Part shown: one piece after another, positions 17,605 to 27,000 of the stretch
How positions within the stretch are numbered: position 1 is the first letter of the stretch
Layout of the letters: each line of letters begins with the position of its first letter
The notes under the pieces: generated by a model
Seen by the model: the letters and a program-made list of their open reading frames with translations, nothing else
What the model was told of the DNA's origin: nothing
Database searches by the model: none
Program-made: the position numbers and the translations under genes
Source of the DNA: a virus
Taxonomy: Duplodnaviria; Heunggongvirae; Uroviricota; Caudoviricetes
Reading direction: 5' to 3' (one strand)
Length of the DNA stretch: 64,000 nucleotides
Virus record (IMG/VR): IMGVR_UViG_3300028833_000055
Span: 32,001 to 96,000 of that record

Positions 17605-18187
17605 TCTTATCCTCCATTTCCTTTGTCATTTCAATAATATCCTTAATCATCTCATCCGTAACATAGATGTCGTTGACACCAACAATTTTATATTCCACAC
17701 CCGCTTCACTCGGAATCCACAAGCAAGATATGTCGTCAAAAATATCACTCCATACCTTTTCTCTAAAATACCAGTCACGATTTGATATACCCTCCGGTTT
17801 GTCGGTCTGGTCCTGATAGTGATAGTCAACCGCTATACCACGGTCGAACAACATCTCATAGTTATCACGACTCTGGTCGTAATATATTCCATAAAGTTTG
17901 TTCTTCCTTTCGAATATTGACACTCCAAATTCAAAATAGAAATCGTTGTATGGTCTTCTCAATTCATTACGAAGCAGCCTTTCAAAATCCCAACAGGAGA
18001 TTTTCTCATTTTCATTCTTCGCCTTGTTGTAGAGAAACGACATATGGATGAAATTCAAGGATTCCTTGTCTTGAAAGGTTTTCATCACATTTTTCTTAGC
18101 CTCTTCCTTCAAACCGTGAAGCTGTCTTATTACTTCACTGAGTTTATTCGACTTGAATTTAATTCCATTGTAAAGTTTCGTACTCAT
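17597..18187 (-). CDS. hypothetical protein
   Basis: 196-aa ORF; TTTTGTTATATTTA upstream. Confidence 0.75.
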   Translation of the reverse strand: MSTKLYNGIKFKSNKLSEVIRQLHGLKEEAKKNVMKTFQDKESLNFIHMSFLYNKAKNENEKISCWDFERLLRNELRRPYNDFYFEFGVSIFERKNKLYGIYYDQSRDNYEMLFDRGIAVDYHYQDQTDKPEGISNRDWYFREKVWSDIFDDISCLWIPSEAGVEYKIVGVNDIYVTDEMIKDIIEMTKEMEDKNE

Positions 18188-18208
18188 AAATTTACATTTT
18201 ATTCAAAT

Positions 18209-18222
18209 TAAATATAACAAAA
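18209..18222 (-). promoter_or_regulatory. TTTTGTTATATTTA motif (putative middle promoter)
   Basis: Exact recurrent 14-mer. Confidence 0.6.
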
Positions 18223-18226
18223 AATA

Positions 18227-18234
18227 CATAAATA
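18227..18234 (+). promoter_or_regulatory. CATAAATA late promoter
   Basis: Upstream of the neck gene. Confidence 0.65.
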
Positions 18235-18257
18235 AAATATATAATCCAATATTTTCT

Positions 18258-19115
18258 ATGAGTAAAGTAAGTACACTCGTTGATTGCAGTGAAGCGGAAG
18301 AAGTTGAATGCTTAAATGACTTTATCGAAAGTATTCAAGCCGAAATGTCTGTAAACTGTTCTCTTCCGTTCAGTATTCCGGCGGAATCAATAGCACAGTT
18401 GGCAAAAAACGCAAAGCAGTTATTCTACAAGATGTATGAGGATGCACACGAAGAAATGTTCATAGCAATCCCACACAAGGAGATTATGAAGAAACAGTTC
18501 GGTCACGGTGTTGCCCATATGGAAGGTGAAAGTGACAAGAAGGTTTTGAAAGACAGAAGAGGTACATATATGTTACCCGAAGGAGTGATTTCCGTCGTAG
18601 GAGTATACGAAATAGGCGGATGGTCCGGTGAAGCGGGCTGGAACTCGGGTCTTCTCGGTAAGACTTCCGGTGATATTTCCCTTCACAGGATGGTGTATCA
18701 GTCGGTATACGACAGGACGATGGCGATTTCTGCCGACAACACTATGTATTACATCTGTACGGAGGCTTTTCTCGATATGTCAAGACAGATATTCCAGAAT
18801 ATGATTTCGTTCAGATACAACCGTCTGACAAACAATTTGAGGTTTTTGGGTGAACTTCCGAAGGACGATGTTGTCATCGATGTTCTTGTCAGAGTTCCGG
18901 ATTGTGACCTGTATAACGATGAAATGTACCGTAGATATGTCATAGCGAGCTGCAAACAGCAACTCGGTAGAATACTCAACTCGTTCACATACAATCTTCC
19001 TGGTAATGTTTCCATAAACTCGGAAGCGATAGCGGACGAAGGAAAACAGGAGATGGAGAACATAATGCAGGAGTTGAGAGATATGTCTGGTGCTTGGTAT
19101 ATAATGACTACATAA
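18258..19115 (+). CDS. neck / head-tail adaptor protein (T4 gp13-like)
   Basis: C-terminal Y..A.CKQQLG..L..F...LPGNVSIN...I..EG..E pattern. Confidence 0.75.
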   Translation: MSKVSTLVDCSEAEEVECLNDFIESIQAEMSVNCSLPFSIPAESIAQLAKNAKQLFYKMYEDAHEEMFIAIPHKEIMKKQFGHGVAHMEGESDKKVLKDRRGTYMLPEGVISVVGVYEIGGWSGEAGWNSGLLGKTSGDISLHRMVYQSVYDRTMAISADNTMYYICTEAFLDMSRQIFQNMISFRYNRLTNNLRFLGELPKDDVVIDVLVRVPDCDLYNDEMYRRYVIASCKQQLGRILNSFTYNLPGNVSINSEAIADEGKQEMENIMQELRDMSGAWYIMTT

Positions 19116-19131
19116 TAGTTGTTATCATAAC

Positions 19132-19159
19132 AAAAAAGAGAGTCGATTGACTCTCTTTT
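19132..19159. terminator. bidirectional intrinsic terminator
   Basis: AAAAAAGAGAGTC-GATT-GACTCTCTTTT. Confidence 0.8.
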
Positions 19160-20072
19160 ATATTAAAGGATAATTTGTTTCCTCCTTTGGTTTGTTTTTC
19201 TTATTCTTGTAGTAGTGTTTTTCTTTTTTCATCTCTTTTCTTTTGAATTTCATTTCTTCAAAAGAAAAATCTTGTTCCTTCATATCGTCACCAAAAAGAT
19301 TTTCACCATATGTTTTTAATGACTCATTCTTTATTCTTCTTTCTGCAATCTTTTTATATTTTTCGGACAATTCAAATCCAATCCAATTACAACCGTATTT
19401 TTCAGCGGATATAGCAGTTGTACCACTACCTATGAACGGGTCTAATACAATTATATTTCCAAGTTCCTTTATCATTTCTTCTGTACCAAGAATACTTGGA
19501 ATAATCCTATCGACAAGTTCTATCGGAAAAGATGCCGGATGTTCATTTTTTATATCAATATTAACAGGCCATATTTCATTAAGTACACTAATTTTACCAC
19601 CGTTATTATATCTTTGACGACTAAATCTAACATTTTTGTTCCCCTTTGTCATCCAATAAATTAGTTCGGTATTTGGGAGATAGTGTGATAGATTTACATT
19701 AATAGAACGTTTTCTATCCCAAATTATAAGTTGTCTAAATACCAATTTACTTTTTAATAACCAAACAGAAGGAAGAATACCAATATTATTCCTTGAACGA
19801 ACTTTATGATTATAAAACAAACTACCACCCTCTTTTAATACACGATGAATTTCATTAAGTATCTCTATCTGCCACTGCTGATATTCACTTTCTTCTTTAT
19901 TGTCCGAATATGTATCATAATCAACTTTTGATGACCACATAGCAGTTTTACCCGATATTTTGTCTCCCATATTATATGGAGGCGAAGTGATAACCAAATC
20001 AATACTATTGTCATCAAGTTCTCTTAATCCATCAAGACAATCGCATAAGTGTATTTTATTTAGCTCCAACAT
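19158..20072 (-). CDS. beta-class N4-cytosine/N6-adenine DNA methyltransferase
   Basis: ITSPPYN (motif IV) before HPASFP and LDPFIGSGTT (motif I). Confidence 0.92.
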   Translation of the reverse strand: MLELNKIHLCDCLDGLRELDDNSIDLVITSPPYNMGDKISGKTAMWSSKVDYDTYSDNKEESEYQQWQIEILNEIHRVLKEGGSLFYNHKVRSRNNIGILPSVWLLKSKLVFRQLIIWDRKRSINVNLSHYLPNTELIYWMTKGNKNVRFSRQRYNNGGKISVLNEIWPVNIDIKNEHPASFPIELVDRIIPSILGTEEMIKELGNIIVLDPFIGSGTTAISAEKYGCNWIGFELSEKYKKIAERRIKNESLKTYGENLFGDDMKEQDFSFEEMKFKRKEMKKEKHYYKNKKNKPKEETNYPLI

Positions 20073-20100
20073 ATCTTATTTAATTTATAACATACTGTAT

Positions 20101-20114
20101 TAAATATAACAAAA
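20101..20114 (-). promoter_or_regulatory. TTTTGTTATATTTA motif (putative middle promoter)
   Basis: Exact 14-mer upstream of the methyltransferase. Confidence 0.6.
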
Positions 20115-20141
20115 AAGGCGAACCATTGATTCGCCTTTTTT
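20111..20141. terminator. intrinsic terminator
   Basis: AAAAAAGGCGAA-loop-TTCGCCTTTTTT after the VWA gene. Confidence 0.75.
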
Positions 20142-20158
20142 GAAAATTAACCATCTCA

Positions 20159-21961
20159 TTATTCTTTCAATGCAGAAACTTTTGTAATTATAACATCTTT
20201 TATTCCCACAACTTCTTTCAAAAGTGAAATTTCCTTTGGAAGGTCACCCGTCCTAACATCCTCATCCTTTTCATAAAAAATAAAAGCACAAATATCTTTA
20301 ATATGACGTGGACAAATTTCAACAAGTCTAGTTGGCGGGTTTGAGTTACCATAAAATGTCCAATATCCGTCACCAAATATGAATATTACTGCATCTTTAT
20401 CTTTTGATTTTATTCTATTTATTTCATTACCAACATCACTGAAATTCTCGATGCCACCACCAATATAACCTCTTTGACTATTAAAATATTCCAATGTATT
20501 TGCCAACACTTTTTCATAACCGTCTTCTTCTAACATCTTATGATTAATAATTCTCGGTAACGATAAATTATCACCAAATACATAGGTGCAGATGTCGGTA
20601 TATTCAAGTCTAAAACACAAATGTAATATTCTACCTAAAAATGCAACGATAAGACCAGGTTGTGAAGCGACAGAACCGGAATAGTCAACAAAGCAATAAA
20701 TTGATTGTGTTTCAGCACCGCCCTTTTCATATTTTTTAAAATATCTCACATCTCTTCTCCACAAATGATTCTTATCACCCAATCTTACTTTTTTTACCTT
20801 CTCGTCTTCAATCTCACCCTTGTGTATAGATTTATCTTTAAGTATTTTTTCCACAAGTTTTTCCCAATCATCATCTTCTATTTTAGCGGCTTTCAAAGAA
20901 TGATATAATATAGATGTTTTTAGTGATGAGTATCCTTTACATTTTTTATCCAGTTCAACCATCGCCTCCCTTCTTATGGAATCCAATTCTGAATCTGACG
21001 GTGGTTCTGCGGAAAGAGCACCTTCCACGGTTGATTCTTTCATTCTTTTTATTTCTTCAGGAGAAAGTTTTGCCGCTTCTATTTCTTTTTCAATTTCTTC
21101 TTTCGATGGTGCAGTTTCAAGTCTTCCAGCCAACGATTTTAATTTGTCAAATTTTTCCTTTTTTCTTGATTTATCACCGATAATTTCTTCTTCTTTCCTT
21201 TCTATATCATCAACAGTACTATTATCGTCTTTAAGTGCTTCAATAAGGTCTTTTAAATCTTCTTTTTCTATATCCGTTCTTTCTTTCAATTTTTCCAAAG
21301 CATCTCCGATGGAACGTTCAAGTTCACTTTTCTTTTTCTCACTATCGACATCATCTTCTCCACTACCCCATTCAGTTTCAGTATCTTCTTTTTTCATTTT
21401 TTTTCTTGATGATTTTTTTGATTCATCATCATCTGTTGAATCATCATCAATATCACTAGATTCGTCGTCTCCATCACCGTCACCAGAACCTTCTCCACCT
21501 TCCGAAGCACTACTAACACTTTTTTTTGATTTGTCTAAAAAGTCATCATAGTCATCACCGGTTTTATAGTCGGAATCACCATCATCTTCAATCTCATCTA
21601 GTGCTTCCGCCTCCAATTCGAGTCTTTTAATAAATTCATCCTCACCCCATTCAATTTCTTCACTTTCCCAATCTTTTTTTGCGTCTTTACTATCATCAAA
21701 AATTGGCAAACGTCTTCTTATGATAGGAGGAAGTGGTGGCTCTGGTGGTAAAATTCTTGGGTCTTCCGAATCTTCATCGGAATCATCATCACTCCCACCA
21801 TTATCCAAAAGTTGTGACTTAACATAATTCCTAACATAAATTATCGCTTGTTCTGCGGTTTCCATATCTTTGGAAATAGGAACATCAGAATAAGAGACTT
21901 CGGTCTCTTTTGATTCCTGTATAGAATTTAACAATACATCTAATTCTTCAAATATATTCAT
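20159..21961 (-). CDS. VWA-like (MIDAS) domain protein with long acidic N-terminal region
   Basis: IYCFVDYSGS (DxSxS), IFIFGDGY; D/E/S-rich linker. Confidence 0.75.
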   Translation of the reverse strand: MNIFEELDVLLNSIQESKETEVSYSDVPISKDMETAEQAIIYVRNYVKSQLLDNGGSDDDSDEDSEDPRILPPEPPLPPIIRRRLPIFDDSKDAKKDWESEEIEWGEDEFIKRLELEAEALDEIEDDGDSDYKTGDDYDDFLDKSKKSVSSASEGGEGSGDGDGDDESSDIDDDSTDDDESKKSSRKKMKKEDTETEWGSGEDDVDSEKKKSELERSIGDALEKLKERTDIEKEDLKDLIEALKDDNSTVDDIERKEEEIIGDKSRKKEKFDKLKSLAGRLETAPSKEEIEKEIEAAKLSPEEIKRMKESTVEGALSAEPPSDSELDSIRREAMVELDKKCKGYSSLKTSILYHSLKAAKIEDDDWEKLVEKILKDKSIHKGEIEDEKVKKVRLGDKNHLWRRDVRYFKKYEKGGAETQSIYCFVDYSGSVASQPGLIVAFLGRILHLCFRLEYTDICTYVFGDNLSLPRIINHKMLEEDGYEKVLANTLEYFNSQRGYIGGGIENFSDVGNEINRIKSKDKDAVIFIFGDGYWTFYGNSNPPTRLVEICPRHIKDICAFIFYEKDEDVRTGDLPKEISLLKEVVGIKDVIITKVSALKE

Positions 21962-21988
21962 ATTAAAATATTTTTTATTTAATTATGT

Positions 21989-23860
21989 TTAATCTTCTGT
22001 CGGTAATTTGAATTCTCGTCTAAGACCTTTTTCACCTAATTCTTCATATATTTTGTATAATCTTTTATACTCTTCATAATATGCTTTTTTATACTCCTCT
22101 GAAGGTCTTACTTTCGCTTGTCTATGAAATTCTGTTCCGATTCTTCTTAAAGAAGAAAGTGCAATTTTAACAACACTTACATATTCTGTTTCCGTGTGTT
22201 CTTCTTTTAAAAAGTCAAACATATGTGTCGTATCCTCATAGAACGCATCAACCAAACCTGTAAAAAAACGGTCATCTCTGTCAATAAGTATCTTCTCTTC
22301 TCTCAATCTTTTCAAATTTTCAAAGAACGATTCTTTTAATTTTCCTATCACCACATAAATTTCAGTCAAATCACTTTCATTAATATCGTGTATTTCTTTT
22401 TCCAATAGAGGTTTTACCAAATCTGCATATTCATTACACAACTCAAATGACTTTTCATCCAACCTTTCGTGATAATAAATGGCCGCCATATCTTTTATTC
22501 TTAAATAGTAATTGTGAAGAATATGTTTTTTTCTTTTTTCTTCTCTAAGTTTTTCCGCTCTTTTTTTACGCCTCTCTTTCAATTCCTTCATCTTTCTCTC
22601 AAACTCTTCCTTTAACTTATCCTTTTTCAGATTATCGGCAATAAGTTTACTGATAGAATATATGATTTTTTCGGATATTTCATCCCTTTCGTCATAAGTT
22701 AATTTGGTTTCTCTATTCAAACGAACAACACCATCAACCAAAGTAGTCCAACATTCTTCATTGTCCTTTAAAAAGACATCTTCATCCAAAGTAAATTTCT
22801 CACTGATTTTTGTAACACATCTCTCCATTTCTTTTTTTAATGTGTCAACATCATCAATAAAACCATTAAGGTCACTACTTGTCATATTAACGGGACTTAC
22901 ATCAAGGTCATCTATAACTTTTTTCAAATACGGTCCAATTTCACCAATTTCTTTTATTCGTGTTTTTTGGAGCATTTTAAGTCTCTTTCTTATTGTCATT
23001 TTTGTTTTACTTTCACCAAAAAGTTTTTCAATAATGTCTCTAAGTTTTGTGGAGGCAATATCTTTATCTCTTTCTGTGGAATTTGGGTCACGAAGTACTT
23101 TTAATGCTTCAAAAATTGCCTTCAGCGCCTCTAAATATTCCGGTGGTAAAACTGTACCACCGTTAGATAAATATCTTTTTAATAGTTCATCACCATTTTC
23201 TCTATATATGTCCTCATACATTTTTCCAAAGTAATCTTTATCGAATACGCCTTTCATTTCTTTCCAGAAATCTGCTGTTACAACACCATCGGCAACCATA
23301 TTGCAGTTTACTTCCATATCTGCACATATATTTTGTTTGGTTATTTCCAACTCATATAATTCTTCACTTGTCATTTTCAATTTTCGTCTATCTTCCATAG
23401 GTAAAATTTTTAGACCTATTGATAAATGATTCAGAAAATTATGCATCAACTCGTGGAATAAAATACCAAAGATTTTTTTTACATCACAATCCAAATTATT
23501 GTATATAAAATGTACATTTAACCACAAATTACCAAGATTATCCACAGACATTGTTTTATGAAAACAATTTTTATCTTCGGGATTCGCTAAAACATACATT
23601 GGTCTACAATGTTGAATATATGAATACATAAAACTATACTTACTTCCAATTAGTCCAAGCGCTTTATCCACAGACTGTATTATCGTTTTTAATTCAACAT
23701 CAACAATTTTATCCAAAGACTCTACATACATTGGAATTTTACCAACCCTTAAAGTTGCCAATTTGTTTCCTGCCGATTTATCTGTTACCGATTCAATCAG
23801 TCTATATCCTTGCTTGTTTCTGATATTGTATCTATCATATATCAAATCATTATATACCAT
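21989..23860 (-). CDS. HExxH putative metallopeptidase (DUF2201 N-terminal-like) with coiled-coil tail
   Basis: TMSVD...LWLN..F...GILFHELMH...NICADMEVN. Confidence 0.75.
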   Translation of the reverse strand: MVYNDLIYDRYNIRNKQGYRLIESVTDKSAGNKLATLRVGKIPMYVESLDKIVDVELKTIIQSVDKALGLIGSKYSFMYSYIQHCRPMYVLANPEDKNCFHKTMSVDNLGNLWLNVHFIYNNLDCDVKKIFGILFHELMHNFLNHLSIGLKILPMEDRRKLKMTSEELYELEITKQNICADMEVNCNMVADGVVTADFWKEMKGVFDKDYFGKMYEDIYRENGDELLKRYLSNGGTVLPPEYLEALKAIFEALKVLRDPNSTERDKDIASTKLRDIIEKLFGESKTKMTIRKRLKMLQKTRIKEIGEIGPYLKKVIDDLDVSPVNMTSSDLNGFIDDVDTLKKEMERCVTKISEKFTLDEDVFLKDNEECWTTLVDGVVRLNRETKLTYDERDEISEKIIYSISKLIADNLKKDKLKEEFERKMKELKERRKKRAEKLREEKRKKHILHNYYLRIKDMAAIYYHERLDEKSFELCNEYADLVKPLLEKEIHDINESDLTEIYVVIGKLKESFFENLKRLREEKILIDRDDRFFTGLVDAFYEDTTHMFDFLKEEHTETEYVSVVKIALSSLRRIGTEFHRQAKVRPSEEYKKAYYEEYKRLYKIYEELGEKGLRREFKLPTED

Positions 23861-23916
23861 AAGATATTATTTTATATATATTTATTTGGGATTATCTACT
23901 TTTTGTTATTATACTG

Positions 23917-23948
23917 CAAAGATACTATTTTTTTGGAATTTTTGCAAG
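23917..23948 (-). promoter_or_regulatory. Bacteroidota-type sigma promoter (CTTG-N20-TATCTTTG)
   Basis: Matches -33 TTG and -7 TAnnTTTG with 20-nt spacing. Confidence 0.7.
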
Positions 23949-23970
23949 TTTAAGTAGATAATTCCATATT

Positions 23971-23978
23971 TATTTATG
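23971..23978 (-). promoter_or_regulatory. CATAAATA late promoter
   Basis: Directly after the terminator, upstream of the HExxH gene. Confidence 0.55.
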
Positions 23979-24014
23979 AAAAAAAAAAGTGTCAGATTAC
24001 TGACACTTTTTTTT
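23979..24014. terminator. intrinsic terminator
   Basis: A-run-GTGTCAG-ATTA-CTGACAC-T-run. Confidence 0.8.
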
Positions 24015-24020
24015 CATTTT

Positions 24021-26987
24021 TTAATTCATATCTGCATAATCAATATCATAAGTTTCACCAACAAAATTGATATAATCAGCCAAATTCTGTCTTATCGGTT
24101 CATCTTCGGGATATTCTTCACTTCTTATTTTAAGAATATTGGACACAATATCAGTATGAAGTTTTATCAAATGGTCCGAACTCAGTTCACCATATGCTTT
24201 GTCAAGGTTTTTCGCCATTTGTAAAAACATTTCACCTATTTCCGGTGTTCCTTTTGCAACAGTACTTCTTTTGTATTTTGACATAATGTAGTTTTCAACA
24301 GACTTCACTGCTTCCGTAACGTGATATACGGTCGTGTCTATATCTACCGGACCTTCAAATAAAGATTTTGTCGAAGGTCTAGATGAACCAAGTTTCCTGA
24401 TTCTATCCATATAAGTACAATATTCATCGGCTATCGGTAATCCAATTGTTGCAATGGCTTGTTTTTTCAATAAACCTGGGTCAATTTCAAGAATACTATC
24501 CAAATCAAATTTGACAAGCATATCGTGAACCCAAGACATTAAATTTGACCAAGAACGTGGTGATGCAAAAATCATTTTATTTTCCGAACCAAGTTCGTGG
24601 AACTTTTCTGGGTCTAAATCGTGCCACCTTCTATATACTCTTGTTTTACTTAATCTACCTTTTTTACCGATTGTTTCTACATCTTCAAAATTGTCTGGTG
24701 AATCGAATGAAATAAATTGCAATGTATCTTCATCAAAATAACCACTTTCTCTTGCCCATTTAGACCAAACTGCAAAATCTGGAACAAAATTAAATGCACC
24801 ACCAGATATTCTGTTACCAAACGCTGGAGCAAGTTTTGCAAAACGCTTTTTAACTTCATCGTCATCACAAGGTCTATTTGAACAAGCTATAATAGACCAC
24901 TTTGAACCAATTCTATATCCACCAGAAGTTTGTCTTTTTGTTATTAACTGCATAATTGTTTTGAACAATTCGTCATCAGCACGTAAAAATTCATCAAACA
25001 TTATTATACCGCCTTCATAAGTTGCTTCATCAACCGGTTCAAATTCTTCAAATGCATCATTCCAAACCATATCCTCAACATAATATGTATTGGCATATAA
25101 GTTTTTTGCTCTATTGACTTTTATATCGGTACTTGGTTTATAAACAGGAAGCCAAGTTTTTGGAGATTCTTCTGTTTGTAGAATACGAACTTTTTCCAAA
25201 TTTGCAATGTCTGTACTATCAAAACCTAATTCCACCAATTTTTTAGCAAGACCACTTTTCTCTCCTATAACTTTATCCATAGTTGTATCATCTGGCATAG
25301 GAAGATAAAGACCACCTAATTCCAAATCACCACATTCAATAACAATAACCGATTTCTTTTTATTTGGATTCGACTTATTGTATTCTTTAATGATTTCTTG
25401 AGGTATTGTTGTCTTACCAATACCCGGTGCTCCAAAAATAAATGTTGCTCTTGAAGATTTTCTACCTGTTGTGGAAGGATTATCTTCCATAATGGATTTC
25501 ACCATTGTTTCAAAATCTTCACTTGAAATATCTGGAATATTATCAAGAAAACTTCCCTTTGCCGAAAGAGGAACTCTTGCTTCTTCTACCGCACTAAGTT
25601 TATATCCATCATCAAACGCCAAATCTGGATTTGCCATCATATCAATCCATTTCAAAAAGTTTTTATATTCTTGTGATTTTTTGTCGATAAAATCATAAAA
25701 ACCTTTTTTCTTATCGAGATATGCGGTTGATTCAACATTTTTATTAAGTAATGGTGAATCAATCTTTGTGAATGCACTAACACCTTTCACATTACCTCCG
25801 GCAAGATAATTAAGTGTCGTATAGACATTGGTCTCATCTTTCATTTCACCATCTTTTGTGAAAGTTGCAACATAGAAGTTATTGAGTTTTATCATAAAAG
25901 AATTTATCTTCTGTTTAATTTTCTTAACACCTCTCTTCACACCGCTTTTAATGGTGTCATATAGACCTTCGTTTACAAATTCGTCTATTGTTAAAACGTG
26001 TTTATTTTCTTTCATAGTTTTTGTTTTTGTTTTTTTATCCAATTCATCGAGTTCTTTTAATTTTTTTAAAATTCTTTCATTTTTTGTTGCGTTTATATCA
26101 ACAAGACGAGCACCTATTTTTGGTAACTCTGCACTTTCCCATCTTTTGACAACTCTATGTCTTCCGGTCTCAACACCAGTTTTAGGGTCAATCTCGGGTT
26201 CTATTTTTGCATGTCCACGTTCGTCAAATACTGTTACGAGAACTTTACCGGGATTCCATCCGGAAATATCGTGTGAAAACCTAGATTCGGTAAACATATT
26301 TTTAAAATTTATACACGAACTAACATCCCAATTTTCTATTGATGGATTGTCGAATGTTGATTTATAAAACATACCTTCCATATTCTTGACATTAGAAACA
26401 TCCCAACTAGATAAATCCAAATTAGGAATGTTTGCAAATGCAAACAATGCCGCCATATTCTCAACATTGGATGTATCAAGAAGACAAATCATAGGATTTG
26501 TTTGTTCGTTTTCTTTATTGTCTTCAGAAATACATCTATTATACCAGGCATTTACAACAACGAATATATTATGTTCATAATCCTTACCATTATTTACATA
26601 ATATCTTCCCCTTATCTTGGAGACTATTTCCTTTTCTTCACTAGATGGAACAAGAGTAACTGGTTCTGGTTCAATTTCCAAATCGTCGTCTACTTCAAAC
26701 CCTTCTCCCTCATCATCGTCATCGTCGATTTCATCACCGGTTTTATCGTCAATTTCATCTTTTACTTTTTCGATTCCTGGTTCTTTTTTAACGACTTTCA
26801 TCCCCTCATCCAATTTACAATATTCACTTAAATCTATAGACTCATTTAATTCTATAAGATTTTCGTTTTTTTCGAACCATTCATCAAACATCAGAAGAAA
26901 CTCTTTATTACTAAGGTTAGGATATTTTTTATTTGTTTCGTTAACCCAATTCCTAACATCTTTACTGAAAAATTGTTCTTTTGTCAT
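24021..26987 (-). CDS. DUF285 LRR - MoxR-like AAA+ ATPase fusion protein
   Basis: LSSWDVSNVKNMEGMF repeats in the N-third; GAPGIGKT, IIMFDEFLRA, IIACSNRP, APAFGNR, SPRSW in the C-part. Confidence 0.85.
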   Translation of the reverse strand: MTKEQFFSKDVRNWVNETNKKYPNLSNKEFLLMFDEWFEKNENLIELNESIDLSEYCKLDEGMKVVKKEPGIEKVKDEIDDKTGDEIDDDDDEGEGFEVDDDLEIEPEPVTLVPSSEEKEIVSKIRGRYYVNNGKDYEHNIFVVVNAWYNRCISEDNKENEQTNPMICLLDTSNVENMAALFAFANIPNLDLSSWDVSNVKNMEGMFYKSTFDNPSIENWDVSSCINFKNMFTESRFSHDISGWNPGKVLVTVFDERGHAKIEPEIDPKTGVETGRHRVVKRWESAELPKIGARLVDINATKNERILKKLKELDELDKKTKTKTMKENKHVLTIDEFVNEGLYDTIKSGVKRGVKKIKQKINSFMIKLNNFYVATFTKDGEMKDETNVYTTLNYLAGGNVKGVSAFTKIDSPLLNKNVESTAYLDKKKGFYDFIDKKSQEYKNFLKWIDMMANPDLAFDDGYKLSAVEEARVPLSAKGSFLDNIPDISSEDFETMVKSIMEDNPSTTGRKSSRATFIFGAPGIGKTTIPQEIIKEYNKSNPNKKKSVIVIECGDLELGGLYLPMPDDTTMDKVIGEKSGLAKKLVELGFDSTDIANLEKVRILQTEESPKTWLPVYKPSTDIKVNRAKNLYANTYYVEDMVWNDAFEEFEPVDEATYEGGIIMFDEFLRADDELFKTIMQLITKRQTSGGYRIGSKWSIIACSNRPCDDDEVKKRFAKLAPAFGNRISGGAFNFVPDFAVWSKWARESGYFDEDTLQFISFDSPDNFEDVETIGKKGRLSKTRVYRRWHDLDPEKFHELGSENKMIFASPRSWSNLMSWVHDMLVKFDLDSILEIDPGLLKKQAIATIGLPIADEYCTYMDRIRKLGSSRPSTKSLFEGPVDIDTTVYHVTEAVKSVENYIMSKYKRSTVAKGTPEIGEMFLQMAKNLDKAYGELSSDHLIKLHTDIVSNILKIRSEEYPEDEPIRQNLADYINFVGETYDIDYADMN

Positions 26988-27000
26988 ATATTAAAATTTT

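Noticed and set aside
19158-20072. Complete restriction-modification system
   Set aside because: No cognate restriction endonuclease is adjacent to any methyltransferase; they look like orphan protective enzymes.
23901-23914. TTTTGTTATTATAC on + as a middle promoter making an antisense small RNA
   Set aside because: Imperfect match, points to no gene, and cannot be distinguished from AT-rich background.
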